A model generated the notes under the pieces. It had not been told where the DNA came from, made no database searches, and worked only from the letters and a program-made list of their open reading frames with translations. A stretch of 64,000 nt of DNA, from NCBI GenBank assembly GCA_045107075.1, contig JBGCFV010000018.1, positions 15,139 through 79,138 on the forward strand, read 5' to 3'. Source of the DNA: Gammaproteobacteria bacterium (lineage in GTDB: Bacteria; Pseudomonadota; Gammaproteobacteria; Steroidobacterales; SZUA-146). A program made the translations under genes and the position numbers. This document shows, piece after piece, positions 26,489-36,527 of the stretch (positions are counted from its first letter, which is position 1; each line of letters opens with the position of its first letter).

Positions 26489-27286
26489 TTAGCGGTTTAG
26501 CGAAGCGTGGCTCAACGAAAGCCGGCCTCTCAGCCAGATAGACAAATGAATCATTATTGAGAAGCCAACGGACGTGATCACAAGATAGCGACCGTATGCC
26601 CTGGCCGCCGGTCCAATGCCGTAATAGAAAGAGCGAGTCTGAATCCAGGCTTCAATCAGGGCTACGATGGCCGGCGCTACAAAAATAATGCTGCATCCAG
26701 CGAGCTTTAACCAAAGTGGCAGCATTAAACGGCATTTGAATGGCTTTGCAGGAGGAGTGTATGGCGCTTTTGTCCAGCGATAAAGCCACCAAGCCATAAG
26801 CGGTAAAAGCACAACGCTGCTGCCGTGCTGCAAGAGTTTGTAATATCCGTGAGAGTGACCGAAGAGCACCACTCGCGTTTTCAAAGCCGGCACTAAGTCG
26901 ACGCCCCAGCCAATATGGTGGGTAAACGAGTCCCACAGCACGTGGGAGCCAGCGCCAAGAATTAAAGCTGCAACAATGCCCGCAAGGTATTTTGCGTTGT
27001 GCGTGCTGCGTTCGCCCAGACGCTGACTGATCGCCCAGGGCATTAACTCGAGCAAAGCCGTCCGCACGAGCAGCTCGAAAATAACGTACATGACAAGGCC
27101 AATGGGTAAGCACGCCGTAAAAAGGCCTGTAAGAGAATGTGTCTGACTGTAAGAACTGACCACATTAAAAAATATGGGCATGTCAGGGACCATGGTGCCA
27201 ATGGCGAGGGCGGTAAACGGCAAAATAGAACCGGTTAGCTTTTTAATGGGTATGGCCGCGGCGATGTGGGTCAGAGTGAAAGGCAC
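26489..27286 (-). CDS. DUF4184-like membrane protein (putative metal-dependent hydrolase fold)
   Basis: MPFTLTHIAAAIP N-terminus, His-rich motifs (GSHVLWDSFTHH), multiple TM helices. GTG start. Confidence 0.6.
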   Translation of the reverse strand: MPFTLTHIAAAIPIKKLTGSILPFTALAIGTMVPDMPIFFNVVSSYSQTHSLTGLFTACLPIGLVMYVIFELLVRTALLELMPWAISQRLGERSTHNAKYLAGIVAALILGAGSHVLWDSFTHHIGWGVDLVPALKTRVVLFGHSHGYYKLLQHGSSVVLLPLMAWWLYRWTKAPYTPPAKPFKCRLMLPLWLKLAGCSIIFVAPAIVALIEAWIQTRSFYYGIGPAARAYGRYLVITSVGFSIMIHLSIWLRGRLSLSHASLNR

Positions 27287-27486
27287 ATGTTGCTCTGGTT
27301 AAAAATGGGCAGTGTTAAAGAGTTCAGTTTTGCGTTCTCTGAATTCCGGTAGTTTCAGTTCGCGTTTGTGGCTTCGCAGCCTGTTTATGGCTGTGTACCT
27401 GATTTTATCGGCATGCCGAGGTGATTCCTTGTCGCGGTTCTCACTTTTCATAACCTGCATTTACAATAATGTTATCGACCATATGC

Positions 27487-27598
27487 CGATTAGCTGAAGC
27501 GACTGGCGGGGCAATCTCCGTCCGGTTGCCCGGAGCCAAAACGACGGTCTATAGCGACCGTCAAGAGATTGCGGCGCGCTTTGCGCCCGCAATGACGA
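27487..27598. repeat. REP-like family B, inverted pair (degenerate left unit, full right unit)
   Basis: Left unit: ..GGCGGGGCAATCTCCGTC. Right unit: GACCGTCAAGAGATTGCGGCGCGCTTTGCGCCCGCAATGACGAG, which is the reverse complement of CTCGTCATTGCGGGC..GCCGCAATCTCTTGACGG. Confidence 0.7.
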
Positions 27599-27659
27599 GA
27601 GTCTTGGGCGCGCAAGCACTGTCGAGTGCGTCAGGACTTACAGGACTTACTGGCTCGAA

Positions 27660-28940
27660 CTAGCGCTCGACTATGGCCGTCACGCCCATACCGCCTGCCG
27701 TGCATATAGATATGAGAGCGCGTCCGGAGCCTTTTTGTTCCAATAGTTTTGCCGTATGAGCCAAAATTCTTGCTCCGGTAGCAGCGAACGGGTGGCCCAC
27801 AGCGAGGCTGCTGCCATTGACGTTCAGTTTGTCCCGGTCGATAGCACCCATGGCTTCAGTTCGGCCGAGCCGGTCACGGCAGAACGACTCCGACTCCCAC
27901 GCGCGTAGCGTGCACAAAACCTGTGCTGCGAAGGCTTCATGAATTTCGTAAAAGTCGAAATCTTGCAGCGTCAGATTGGCTTTTTCGAGCATCTCTGACA
28001 CAGCGTAGGCCGGTGCCATAAGTAGTCCCTCCGATTCGACAAAATCGATGGCGGCAACCTGACCGTGCGTTAAATACGCTTGCACGTCGTGACCGCGTGC
28101 GTCTGCCCATTCCTGTGAACAGAGCAGCAAGGCCGCGGCACCATCAGTAAGTGGTGTGCTGTTACCGGCGGTCAGCGTACCGTGGCCGCTCGTGCGGTCA
28201 AACGCCGGGCGCAGTTTTCCCAACGATTCCATTGACGAGTCACGCCGCAGATTATTGTCTATTGAAACTCCGCGAAACGGCACAACAAGGTCAGAGAAAA
28301 AACCCGAGTCGTACGCCGCCGCGGCGTTAGTGTGACTGGTAAGTGCCAGCGCGTCCTGCTCTTCGCGAGAAATGTTCCACTCGCGTGCCATTTGCTCGGT
28401 ACTCTCACCCATTGACAGACCGGTGCGAGGTTCGTTTACACCTGGAGCTTCAGGTTTTAAATGAGAGGGACGGAAGCCGAGAATAGCTTTGAGTTTGTCG
28501 GCCATGCTTCTCGCCCGGAACACGTTCATGAGCACAGACCGGTATTCTTTCGGGTACACAATGGGTGCGTCACTGACCGTGTCGGCACCCGCGGCAATGC
28601 CCGAATCAATTTGGCCGACAGCAATTTTGTTGCCGATAAGAATCGCAGCCTCCAGCGACGTGCCACACGCGCGTTGTAAATCAAACGCAGGCGTTGCCGC
28701 GCCGAGGCCCGATCCGAGCACTGACTCCCGTGCAAGGTTCCAGTCTTTCGAGTGTTTGAGTACGGCACCGCTTGCGACATCGCCAAGCGTTTCGCCCTGA
28801 AGTTCGAAACGGTTAACCAGGCCCGCCAAGGCCGCCGTCAGCATGTCCTGGTTAGAGGCGCTTTTGTATTTTGTGTGCGAACGGCAAAAGGGAATTCGGC
28901 TGCCTCCTACAATGGCAACTTTGCGTGTGTTTTGTTTCAT
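27660..28940 (-). CDS. Thiolase (acetyl-CoA C-acyltransferase family)
   Basis: Active-site Cys context RACGTSLEA. C-terminal NVNGSSLAVGHPFAATGAR and CTAGGMG. Confidence 0.9.
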   Translation of the reverse strand: MKQNTRKVAIVGGSRIPFCRSHTKYKSASNQDMLTAALAGLVNRFELQGETLGDVASGAVLKHSKDWNLARESVLGSGLGAATPAFDLQRACGTSLEAAILIGNKIAVGQIDSGIAAGADTVSDAPIVYPKEYRSVLMNVFRARSMADKLKAILGFRPSHLKPEAPGVNEPRTGLSMGESTEQMAREWNISREEQDALALTSHTNAAAAYDSGFFSDLVVPFRGVSIDNNLRRDSSMESLGKLRPAFDRTSGHGTLTAGNSTPLTDGAAALLLCSQEWADARGHDVQAYLTHGQVAAIDFVESEGLLMAPAYAVSEMLEKANLTLQDFDFYEIHEAFAAQVLCTLRAWESESFCRDRLGRTEAMGAIDRDKLNVNGSSLAVGHPFAATGARILAHTAKLLEQKGSGRALISICTAGGMGVTAIVER

Positions 28941-29036
28941 AATCAGGCTCCGCGGTCTCGGCGATTAGGGTGCGTGTTGCGTTAACAGGCGTGCTAGAGT
29001 GAGCGCCCTTATCATAGCAAGAACCGCAGCCGCAAA

Positions 29037-30419
29037 GTGATATCCCTGTCGCGACGTTTACGATTTATCAAAGAGAGCAAAGCGCTTTTCGTGCTTGGCT
29101 GGCCTCTAATTGTGAACAATGTAGTCATAGGCCTAACAACGTTTGTCGATTTTGTTATGGCCGGAAAACTCGGCACTCGCGACTTGGCGTCAGTGGGGGT
29201 TGGTAACACGCTCTGGTCATTTTTGTTTCTGGCCGGCATGGGCGTGATGATGGCAATGAGCCCGATTACAGCTCAGCTGCACGGCGCTAACAAACCCACC
29301 GAAATCGGTGAAGCCGGCCGTCAAAGCTTGTGGATGGCGCTGCTCATTGCGGTTGTTGTTTTCATTATTATGCGAGTGGGTGGCGAGAGTGTCATGCAGC
29401 TCATTGGCATTGAGCAAGAGCTTATTCCTCTCGCCGACAGTTACCTCAAAGCACTCGCGTTCGGTACGTTCGGCATTTTTGGCTTTCTGGGTCTTCGTTA
29501 TGTCAGCGAAGGCATTGGTCACACCAAGCCTATAATGCTTGCCGCATTTGCCGGGCTAATCAGTAACGCAGTCGGCAACTACATTTTTATGTACGGCAAC
29601 TTTGGTGCTCCGCGTCTCGGCATTGTCGGCTGCGGTTACGCAACTGCGTTCTCAATGTGGTTGAGCCTGTTCATAATGGTTGGCTATATGCGGGTGCGTA
29701 AAGATATTTATGCCCGACTTACGCTCTTTGATCGTTTTGAGTGGCCGCAGTGGGGGCGCATAAAAGAGTTTATGCGCATTGGTTTGCCCATTGGCGGCAG
29801 CGTCACAGCAGAGGTAGGTTTGTTTAGCGCCGCCGGACTCATCATGGGAACGCTGAGTACGACCGAGGCTGCGGCTCATTCCGTCGCGATTAACTACGCG
29901 TCCACCATGTTCATGGTGCCGCTGGCCCTGCATTCGGCTTTAATGATTCGGGTCGGACAACGTGTGGGTTCAGGTGACGTTGTGCAGGCCCGGTACGCCG
30001 GTTGGGTTGGCATTATTCTATGCACTGCGTTTATGACGCTCTCGGCGTTTACGCTTCTGTTGCTGCGTGACCCGATCACAACGCTTTACGTTGACGATCC
30101 TGATGTTCGGGCGGTAGCCGCTCAACTCCTTATGATGGCTATGATATTTCAAATTGTCGACGGTATTCAGGTGGGTGCTGCCGGTGCGGTGCGTGGCTTT
30201 AAAGATACGGCGATACCTTTTTATATCAATATATTCTCGTTTTGGATAATTGGTTTTCCGGTAGCTTGGTATGCCGGAACACAGCTGGGTTTTCGCGGTG
30301 AAGGCGTATGGGGCGGGCTCGCCGCTGGCCTCACGGTTGCTGCGGTATTGCTGTGCTGGCGCTTCCAATACATTGGCCGGGCGGCGGTGACAGCTCAAGC
30401 TGACGTGATCAGGCAATAG
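29037..30419 (+). CDS. MATE-family multidrug efflux pump (NorM-like)
   Basis: 460 aa with 12 TM helices. LGWPLIVNNVVIGLTTFVDFVMAG N-terminus. GTG start. Confidence 0.88.
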   Translation: MISLSRRLRFIKESKALFVLGWPLIVNNVVIGLTTFVDFVMAGKLGTRDLASVGVGNTLWSFLFLAGMGVMMAMSPITAQLHGANKPTEIGEAGRQSLWMALLIAVVVFIIMRVGGESVMQLIGIEQELIPLADSYLKALAFGTFGIFGFLGLRYVSEGIGHTKPIMLAAFAGLISNAVGNYIFMYGNFGAPRLGIVGCGYATAFSMWLSLFIMVGYMRVRKDIYARLTLFDRFEWPQWGRIKEFMRIGLPIGGSVTAEVGLFSAAGLIMGTLSTTEAAAHSVAINYASTMFMVPLALHSALMIRVGQRVGSGDVVQARYAGWVGIILCTAFMTLSAFTLLLLRDPITTLYVDDPDVRAVAAQLLMMAMIFQIVDGIQVGAAGAVRGFKDTAIPFYINIFSFWIIGFPVAWYAGTQLGFRGEGVWGGLAAGLTVAAVLLCWRFQYIGRAAVTAQADVIRQ

Positions 30420-30656
30420 TAAAAACTGGACGCTGCTTTATGACGTTTTGAGAAACGCTCATGTTTGAGGCTGAGAGTGCGTATACTCTGCGGCTGGAGC
30501 TGGCTTGAACTCAGGTCAAACACAAGGTTTGGTTTCCTGGTTCATAACCCCCGGTTTACACTCTCTGTTCGGTTAGCCAGTTCAGCTTCAAGCGTCCGGC
30601 GTTACCGATCAGTCTATTACTCAATGCTTCGCAAACTCACAGCAGTGGAGATCGAC

Positions 30657-31148
30657 ATGCGTTCAAACAAAGTAGCTCGCGGACTTTTTCTGGCCTTCGT
30701 TTTGGTAAGCCTTGGCGCGTGTAGCAGCCTTGATACGCTGCGTCAGATAGTCGACCCACCTCGAGTTACCCTAGCCGATGTAAAATTGGTCAGTGCTGGT
30801 TTGCTGGAGCAGCGGTATCGTCTGAGTCTTCGAGTGCAAAACCCAAACAGTGTCTCAATCCCGATCAACGGTTTGGACTACGTGGTGAATATTGGTGGCA
30901 ATGATTTTGTCAGCGGTGTTACAGCCAGCTCTTTCGTCCTGCCCGCAAATGGCGAAGACCTCGTGCAAATTGATGTCTCAACCAACCTGCTGGATTCTGC
31001 GCGTCACGTGTACGCGTTGCTAAAAAGCGGTGACGATAACGTCGATTACAGCCTCAGTGGCAACGTAAAAGTCGACTTGCCGTTTGTGAAATCGCTGCCG
31101 TTCTCGCGCAGCGGCCAGGTAGATCTTCGCGGTCTTAACGGTCGTTAG
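30657..31148 (+). CDS. LEA_2 / water-stress (Lea14-like) domain lipoprotein
   Basis: Lipobox LVSLGAC, then PRVTLADVKLVSAGLLEQRYRLSLRVQNPNSVSIPINGLDY, typical of the LEA type 2 fold. I chose the start at MRSNKV. Confidence 0.75.
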   Translation: MRSNKVARGLFLAFVLVSLGACSSLDTLRQIVDPPRVTLADVKLVSAGLLEQRYRLSLRVQNPNSVSIPINGLDYVVNIGGNDFVSGVTASSFVLPANGEDLVQIDVSTNLLDSARHVYALLKSGDDNVDYSLSGNVKVDLPFVKSLPFSRSGQVDLRGLNGR

Positions 31149-31150
31149 TC

Positions 31151-31513
31151 ATGCGTGTTTGGGGTCTGCTGCTCGTTGCGGCGCTGTGTTTGAACGCCTG
31201 CGGATCAGGCGATACTCAATTGCACACGTATCAAATAGTCGTGAACGGATCGACCACTCCGATACCTGTAGAATTTACAGGCAGCTATGCCTGTGAGAAT
31301 GCCGGAAGCGAGCGTATCCACGATATTTCCGGATCAGGCACCATGTCAGCTTCCTTTGAGTGCGAGCGATTGCTGCACGTTCGTATTCAGCGTGTTTTGG
31401 GCGCGGGACTTGTCAGTTTAACCGTTTACAAAAATGGTGAAGCCGTGTTCGCGACCCCTTCTACCAGCTCGGTGGCGCCTATTGTCTACGTACCGGAAGC
31501 CGACAATAGCTAG
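31151..31513 (+). CDS. Small lipoprotein, unknown function
   Basis: Lipobox ALCLNAC. Separated by a 2-nt gap from the LEA_2 gene. Confidence 0.6.
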   Translation: MRVWGLLLVAALCLNACGSGDTQLHTYQIVVNGSTTPIPVEFTGSYACENAGSERIHDISGSGTMSASFECERLLHVRIQRVLGAGLVSLTVYKNGEAVFATPSTSSVAPIVYVPEADNS

Positions 31514-31542
31514 GTATAGTCTCCGTGTTTTTATTACCGGGC

Positions 31543-33618
31543 CTACTTATCGTCGCGAACAGGTAGAACAATTCGGAACTCTACGCCTTCTCCGTTGGGT
31601 AAATTGCGTGCGCTAATTTCGCCTCGATGAAGTGTCGTAACAAGCCGTGCAATAAACAAACCAAAGCCCAGGTGAGCGTTGTCGCTGCCGCCATCACGCA
31701 CAGAAATAAGAGAGTCGAACAAACGCTCTTGCATGTGAGCGGGTAGTAAAGGCCCTTCGTTGGTGACGCGCAGAGTGTAGTGGCGCGGTGACCGGTCAAG
31801 ATCAAACGTTATAGAGCCGCCTGGTGGTGTGAAGTCGACAGCGTTTTCCACCAGTTTATCCATGGTCTGCGCGAGTAAATCTGCAACGCCAAAATAACGA
31901 CACGGGTCATCAGGGACCGTTACTTCGATTACGTGAGATTTGTACGTGTCCCCGTAGCCATGAGCCATATCTTTGACGAAGCCTGCGAGATTAAAGAAAT
32001 CAAATTCGGCCGTTTCGATGCTCTGCTCTACGCGGCTGGCCGCGCTCATGGCGCTGACAATATGCCGCAGGCGGGCTACGCCTGCGGCGGCGCGCTGCGC
32101 ATACACGTCGGACTGCTGCGACAGTTCTTGGGACTGAAGATTGTCAAGCGACGACTGCACAACTGCGAGAGGGGTGCGCAGCTCGTGCGACAGTTTGCTC
32201 GCAAGAGACTTCAGGTACTGCGTGTAGTCCTTGAGCTGTACAAGAAGGGTTTGAAAACTACGTGACAAGTCACCGAGCTCGTCGTCGGCGCCAATGCCTG
32301 GCAAGTGTGTTGACAGCCTGCCGTCGTCGGCCATGGCGTGTTCGGTAGCATTTCTAAGCCGGCGAATGCGCAAGCTCAAAAGAGTAGCGAAGCCGAGTAG
32401 ACCTGATACCACGAACGCCGTGGATATGAAGGTCACGGTCAAGATTCGTTTGAGCGCTTTGTTCGTTAGCAGCAGCGTTGCAGCACTGGTTTGCTCAAGC
32501 GTTACCGCGCCGACGATTTGTTCGTCGTCGTATAGCGGCACGGCCGAGGAAATCACCGCGTCAGAATCGTAAGGCGGTTGATACCACACGCCTGCTTCGC
32601 GACCTTGCAACGCTTCTTGTACGTCTGGCCCTAAAATTTGGCCTGGAATAGAACTTTGGTTAGCGTACGGCTGCAGGCCCGGGTCGAGTAATTTGCGGTA
32701 TACCCTGTCGAGAATACTGGGCGCTGGTGTCTGGTCGTCGCGTGTGTCGGCCAGCTTTCCGCCTTCGGCTAATATCCAGCCGTGGCGGTCGAGTACGCGT
32801 AAGCGCCGGTCGCCCTGGCTCAGGTCGGTGACGTTGGCGGTGAGCTCAGGAAGCGGCTGGCTAATTAAGGCTGGCAGCGGATTCAGGTCATACGGGTCAA
32901 CGGTGCCCAGAAACGGCAGTGGATCGAGCGGCGTCGAGTCTCCGTCAATTACTGCAAAGCCAAAGCGCGGTCCTACGAGCGACTGAGGGATTTGTATTTC
33001 AACGTTGTATCCAGCCGAAGTCGGTTGCCAGTTACCGAAAATTTGACTGGGGTCTATGTCGCCAGCCGGTTCGTTGTTTAACCAGTGTGCGCGGACTTCG
33101 CCGGGCGCGTTGGTTTCAATAATCAGGTCGTTGAATTTTTCTACTGAGTCCCAAAACACCAGTCGCACAGAATCGTGAACGGGGCCGTTAGCCTCGTTGC
33201 GGTAAACCACGTAGTCGTCGGTAACGCTTAGAAACAGGTACAGGTTCTGACGGTTTGAGGCCATCGCGAATGTAATGGACAGCGTACCGTCGGTGGTTTC
33301 ACCACCTCGAAGCTTGCGGTACTGCTCGTTGTCGAGAGTCCAGTCGTCGTCGTAGCCGTCAATGGTTAGCGGTGTTGTCACAGGATAGGCGTACACATCG
33401 CTGACCGGGTCGGAGCTTGCGCTAAACGTACTGCGGTACCGATAGAGGAGCTGTTGGCGTTCCTGAAGGATACTCGCAATTGCGTTAGCGCTGTCTTGCA
33501 AACTGTTTTGCTGCCCTTCCCGAAGCGCGCTCTCAAGCTCGGTAATGTACTCACAGCCTGCCCACGGCAGGAACAGGGTGAGCAGGCTCACAAGAAGTAG
33601 TTGTCGGCGCAGACTCAT
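31543..33618 (-). CDS. Sensor histidine kinase with an approximately 360-aa periplasmic domain
   Basis: Signal/TM, a large exoplasmic region (..TIDGYDDDWT.., carbohydrate-binding/DOMON-like by eye), a second TM, HAMP, H-box SHELRTPLAV, and an ATPase G-box (LGFGLFIARLV). Confidence 0.88.
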   Translation of the reverse strand: MSLRRQLLLVSLLTLFLPWAGCEYITELESALREGQQNSLQDSANAIASILQERQQLLYRYRSTFSASSDPVSDVYAYPVTTPLTIDGYDDDWTLDNEQYRKLRGGETTDGTLSITFAMASNRQNLYLFLSVTDDYVVYRNEANGPVHDSVRLVFWDSVEKFNDLIIETNAPGEVRAHWLNNEPAGDIDPSQIFGNWQPTSAGYNVEIQIPQSLVGPRFGFAVIDGDSTPLDPLPFLGTVDPYDLNPLPALISQPLPELTANVTDLSQGDRRLRVLDRHGWILAEGGKLADTRDDQTPAPSILDRVYRKLLDPGLQPYANQSSIPGQILGPDVQEALQGREAGVWYQPPYDSDAVISSAVPLYDDEQIVGAVTLEQTSAATLLLTNKALKRILTVTFISTAFVVSGLLGFATLLSLRIRRLRNATEHAMADDGRLSTHLPGIGADDELGDLSRSFQTLLVQLKDYTQYLKSLASKLSHELRTPLAVVQSSLDNLQSQELSQQSDVYAQRAAAGVARLRHIVSAMSAASRVEQSIETAEFDFFNLAGFVKDMAHGYGDTYKSHVIEVTVPDDPCRYFGVADLLAQTMDKLVENAVDFTPPGGSITFDLDRSPRHYTLRVTNEGPLLPAHMQERLFDSLISVRDGGSDNAHLGFGLFIARLVTTLHRGEISARNLPNGEGVEFRIVLPVRDDK

Positions 33619-33789
33619 AGGGGCTTAGTGTACTCGGGTCGATTCAGGTTGTACCAGTGTTCTGCGTGCGGGGCTCGATGCCGTGTTGTGTACATGGTTA
33701 ATGGTTGAGAAACATCCGGGGACAAGGGCAGCGGGCTATACGTATCTAAAGCGGCCGCCACCCGAAAGCGCGTGTGCCGAAGCACCGTA

Positions 33790-34488
33790 CTAAACCGCGT
33801 CGCCTTTCCAGCGATATCCCATGCCGTAAACGGTCTCAATGGAATCAAAATCGGTGTCTACAGCCAGAAACTTTTTGCGCAGTCGTTTGATGTGAGACGT
33901 GATGGTGTTGTCGTCTAATACCACGTTGGCCGCGTCCATCAGCTGCTGACGGTTTTTAACGTGGCCTGGAAAACGCGCCATGGCGTGAACCAGCCAAAAT
34001 TCAGTGACCGTGAGAGGTATGACTTCAGCGCGCCAGCTCACAACCATGCGGTCGACGTTTATGCCAAGTGCACCACGTTCGAGATTGCTGTCTTCTTTGT
34101 CGTCGTTTAGCAACGCGTCGGTTCGTCGGAACAAAGCGACGACGCGAGCAACCAGATGATTAAGCGACAGGTCTTTAGTCAGGTAGTCGTCAGCTCCGAG
34201 TCGCAGTCCGGATATGGCGTCGAGCTCACTGTCACGTGCGGTCAAGAAAATAATCGGTAACGAGTCGCTGCGAGCACGCAGTTCGCGGCACAAATCGAAA
34301 CCGCCTTCAACTTCGGCTCCGAGGTTAATGTCGATAATAACCAGGTCAGGAAGCTTGTGAGTAAAGGCGGCCAGTGCCTGACCCCGATTGCTAAATCCGG
34401 ACACACGGTAGCCGTGGCGTGTGAACGCGTCGACGTAGTTTTCCCGAATAGCCGGTTGGTCTTCCACAATTGCGATGTGTTTTTGCAT
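33790..34488 (-). CDS. OmpR-family response regulator
   Basis: Receiver domain (IAIVEDQPAI, VIIDINLG, K) plus a winged helix (GMGYRW). Confidence 0.9.
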   Translation of the reverse strand: MQKHIAIVEDQPAIRENYVDAFTRHGYRVSGFSNRGQALAAFTHKLPDLVIIDINLGAEVEGGFDLCRELRARSDSLPIIFLTARDSELDAISGLRLGADDYLTKDLSLNHLVARVVALFRRTDALLNDDKEDSNLERGALGINVDRMVVSWRAEVIPLTVTEFWLVHAMARFPGHVKNRQQLMDAANVVLDDNTITSHIKRLRKKFLAVDTDFDSIETVYGMGYRWKGDAV

Positions 34489-34650
34489 GTTTGAAGTGTC
34501 CCACAGGTGCGATCATTTTTCGTCACTATTGTACCGATTTGTGTCATGAGTCGGGCTGCGGATGGCCGTAATGCCGGGGTTAAATACAGTGGCAAGCGAT
34601 TAATAAGTCGCATTGTGTTTGTCCAATAATATCGCTTTCGGAGAAAACTC

Positions 34651-34851
34651 ATGTCAGAAAACGCATCGTTCCACAGCCCGCAGTCCTACTCTCATCTGTA
34701 CCGACAAGGCCGTCGCCGCTGGGTTCCCAAAGGAGTGGCGCTGCTGGCGATATTGTTTGTGATCGGGTTGCTGGGTGCCTGCCAGTCGCCGATACAGGAA
34801 GTGGCCGCCATTGCGATACCGGTCGATGTGACAGGTACGGAGGATGTGTAG
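34651..34851 (+). CDS. Possible small lipoprotein
   Basis: 66 aa with GGAG 8 nt upstream of the ATG. Basic n-region, hydrophobic core and lipobox (LLAILFVIGLLGAC). There is no other support. Confidence 0.4.
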   Translation: MSENASFHSPQSYSHLYRQGRRRWVPKGVALLAILFVIGLLGACQSPIQEVAAIAIPVDVTGTEDV

Positions 34852-34942
34852 CTTTGCAACCAAAATGAAAAGAAGTAATTTGCGCGGGGAGTAAAACGTA
34901 GTGCACAAAAAGTAGGATAAAAATCGAAGGATAAAAATAATA

Positions 34943-34969
34943 GGGGCGGCTTCCAGCTGCGAAAAAGCG
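34943..34969. repeat. REP-like family A, partial unit
   Basis: GGGGCGGCTTCCAGCTGCGAAAAAGCG matches the family core. Confidence 0.5.
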
Positions 34970-35088
34970 TTTCATTTCTTGACGGTGTCGCGTATTTCAG
35001 CTCGGCAAGCTGGGCCGTGCAGTCTGACCGGCCACCGGCCGGACAAGCAAATACCCTTGGGGTACGCACTCTACCTGGCACGAAAGGT

Positions 35089-36387
35089 CTAACCGGGAGC
35101 TCTGCGCCACTGCCAGTGCATAAGCAGGCCGCGCGACGCCATAAACAGTGCGAACGCGAGCCACAGTCCGTGGTTGCCCATAAACCCAAACAACCACCAG
35201 GCTGGAATAAAGATAACGAAGGTGCTAAGTACCATAATGTTACGCATCTCTTTGCTGCGCATGGCCCCGACGAATACGCCGTCGTACAAAAAACTCCAAA
35301 CGGATATTAAGGGTAGGGCAATTAACCACGGCAGATAAACCCGGGCCAGTTCACGTACTTCTTCAATGTTGGTTATGCGGTCTATTAACGTGTTACCGGC
35401 CAGCACAAATATGACGGTCATACCTGCTGCGATGAGCAGTGACCATGCGCGGTTTAACCGGACGGCCTGATCCAAAGCCCGCGCCTGTTTCGCGCCCACC
35501 GCACGTCCAACCATCGCTTCAGCAGCATTCGCGAAACCATCCAGCGCATAGGAAACAATCCACTGAAAGTTAAGCAATACGGCGTTGGCGGCTAAAATCA
35601 GCGCGCCTTGCCGGGCACCGGCGGCGGTAATAATGACAAACGTAAGCTGCAACGCCAGCGTGCGAATTAACAAGTCCAGATTGACCTGCATGAGTTCGCG
35701 GAACCGACTTACAACCAGTACACCTTCCATGAGGCCGTGAGATTTTGAGCGCAGGCTGCGTAGCGCGAGCCACAAGCCAGCGATGCAGCCGCTGTATTCA
35801 GCGATCACGCTCGCCAGAGCGACTCCGCTAGCGCGCAGGTCGTAGTGCATGACGAACAGAAAATCGAGCGCAATGTTAATCAGGTTGATGATCAGCATAA
35901 GTACAAGAGGCGTACGCCCATCCTGTCGGCCGATGAACCAACCAATAAGCACAATGTTCATAAGTGAGGCGGGCGCGGCCCAGATTCGCACTTGAAAATA
36001 GTCGGATGCAATCAAGCTGATGGCCGCATCGGGTTTAATCACCGCCAGAGCAGCCAGTAGGGTTGGGTGTTGAAGTGCTATTAATGCGAGGGCAATGACT
36101 ACAGCGAGCGTCAGTGCGCGCATGAGTACGCGACGCAGTTCTTCGCTGTCTTCTTTTCCAAATGCATGGGCCGCCAGACCCGTGGTGCCCATGCGCAAAA
36201 AATTCATACCCAGAAAAAGAACGCTGAAAATGGTGGAGCCAACCGCAACCGCACCCAGATAGTCCGGGCTCGGCAAATGACCCACAACAAAGGTGTCTAC
36301 CAGTCCAAGAAGGGGAACAGTAATGTTCGATAGGACCATAGGTAGCGCTATGCGCCATACGGAACGGTGAGTGAATTCTAACGACAT
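35089..36387 (-). CDS. MATE-family efflux protein (DinF-like)
   Basis: 432 aa with 12 TM helices. WRIALPMVLSNITVPLLGLVDTFVVGHL N-terminus. Confidence 0.85.
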   Translation of the reverse strand: MSLEFTHRSVWRIALPMVLSNITVPLLGLVDTFVVGHLPSPDYLGAVAVGSTIFSVLFLGMNFLRMGTTGLAAHAFGKEDSEELRRVLMRALTLAVVIALALIALQHPTLLAALAVIKPDAAISLIASDYFQVRIWAAPASLMNIVLIGWFIGRQDGRTPLVLMLIINLINIALDFLFVMHYDLRASGVALASVIAEYSGCIAGLWLALRSLRSKSHGLMEGVLVVSRFRELMQVNLDLLIRTLALQLTFVIITAAGARQGALILAANAVLLNFQWIVSYALDGFANAAEAMVGRAVGAKQARALDQAVRLNRAWSLLIAAGMTVIFVLAGNTLIDRITNIEEVRELARVYLPWLIALPLISVWSFLYDGVFVGAMRSKEMRNIMVLSTFVIFIPAWWLFGFMGNHGLWLAFALFMASRGLLMHWQWRRAPG

Positions 36388-36527
36388 GAATGCTCGCTGT
36401 GTCTTGTCATGTCACGACTGAGCTTATGGTGGCCAATCAGTGGTTTGAGGAGTGTCGCTTTTCGAGCTGGGTGACAAACGCTGTTAACGCATAGTGCAGG
36501 CGAGTCTTTTAGCTTGCAATGCTAACC

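Noticed and set aside
34692-35189. 165-aa and other ORFs filling the 600-bp gap between the response regulator and the dinF-like gene, and ORFs at 27312..27497 and 27469..27663.
   Set aside because: They run through REP-like repeats, have Arg/Cys/Pro-rich low-quality translations, and lack ribosome-binding sites. Only the 66-aa lipoprotein-like ORF (34651-34851) was kept, at low confidence.
36388-36527. LexA (SOS) box upstream of the DinF-like MATE gene.
   Set aside because: No CTGT-N8-ACAG match is present. The nearest candidates end in ATGT or AGTG.
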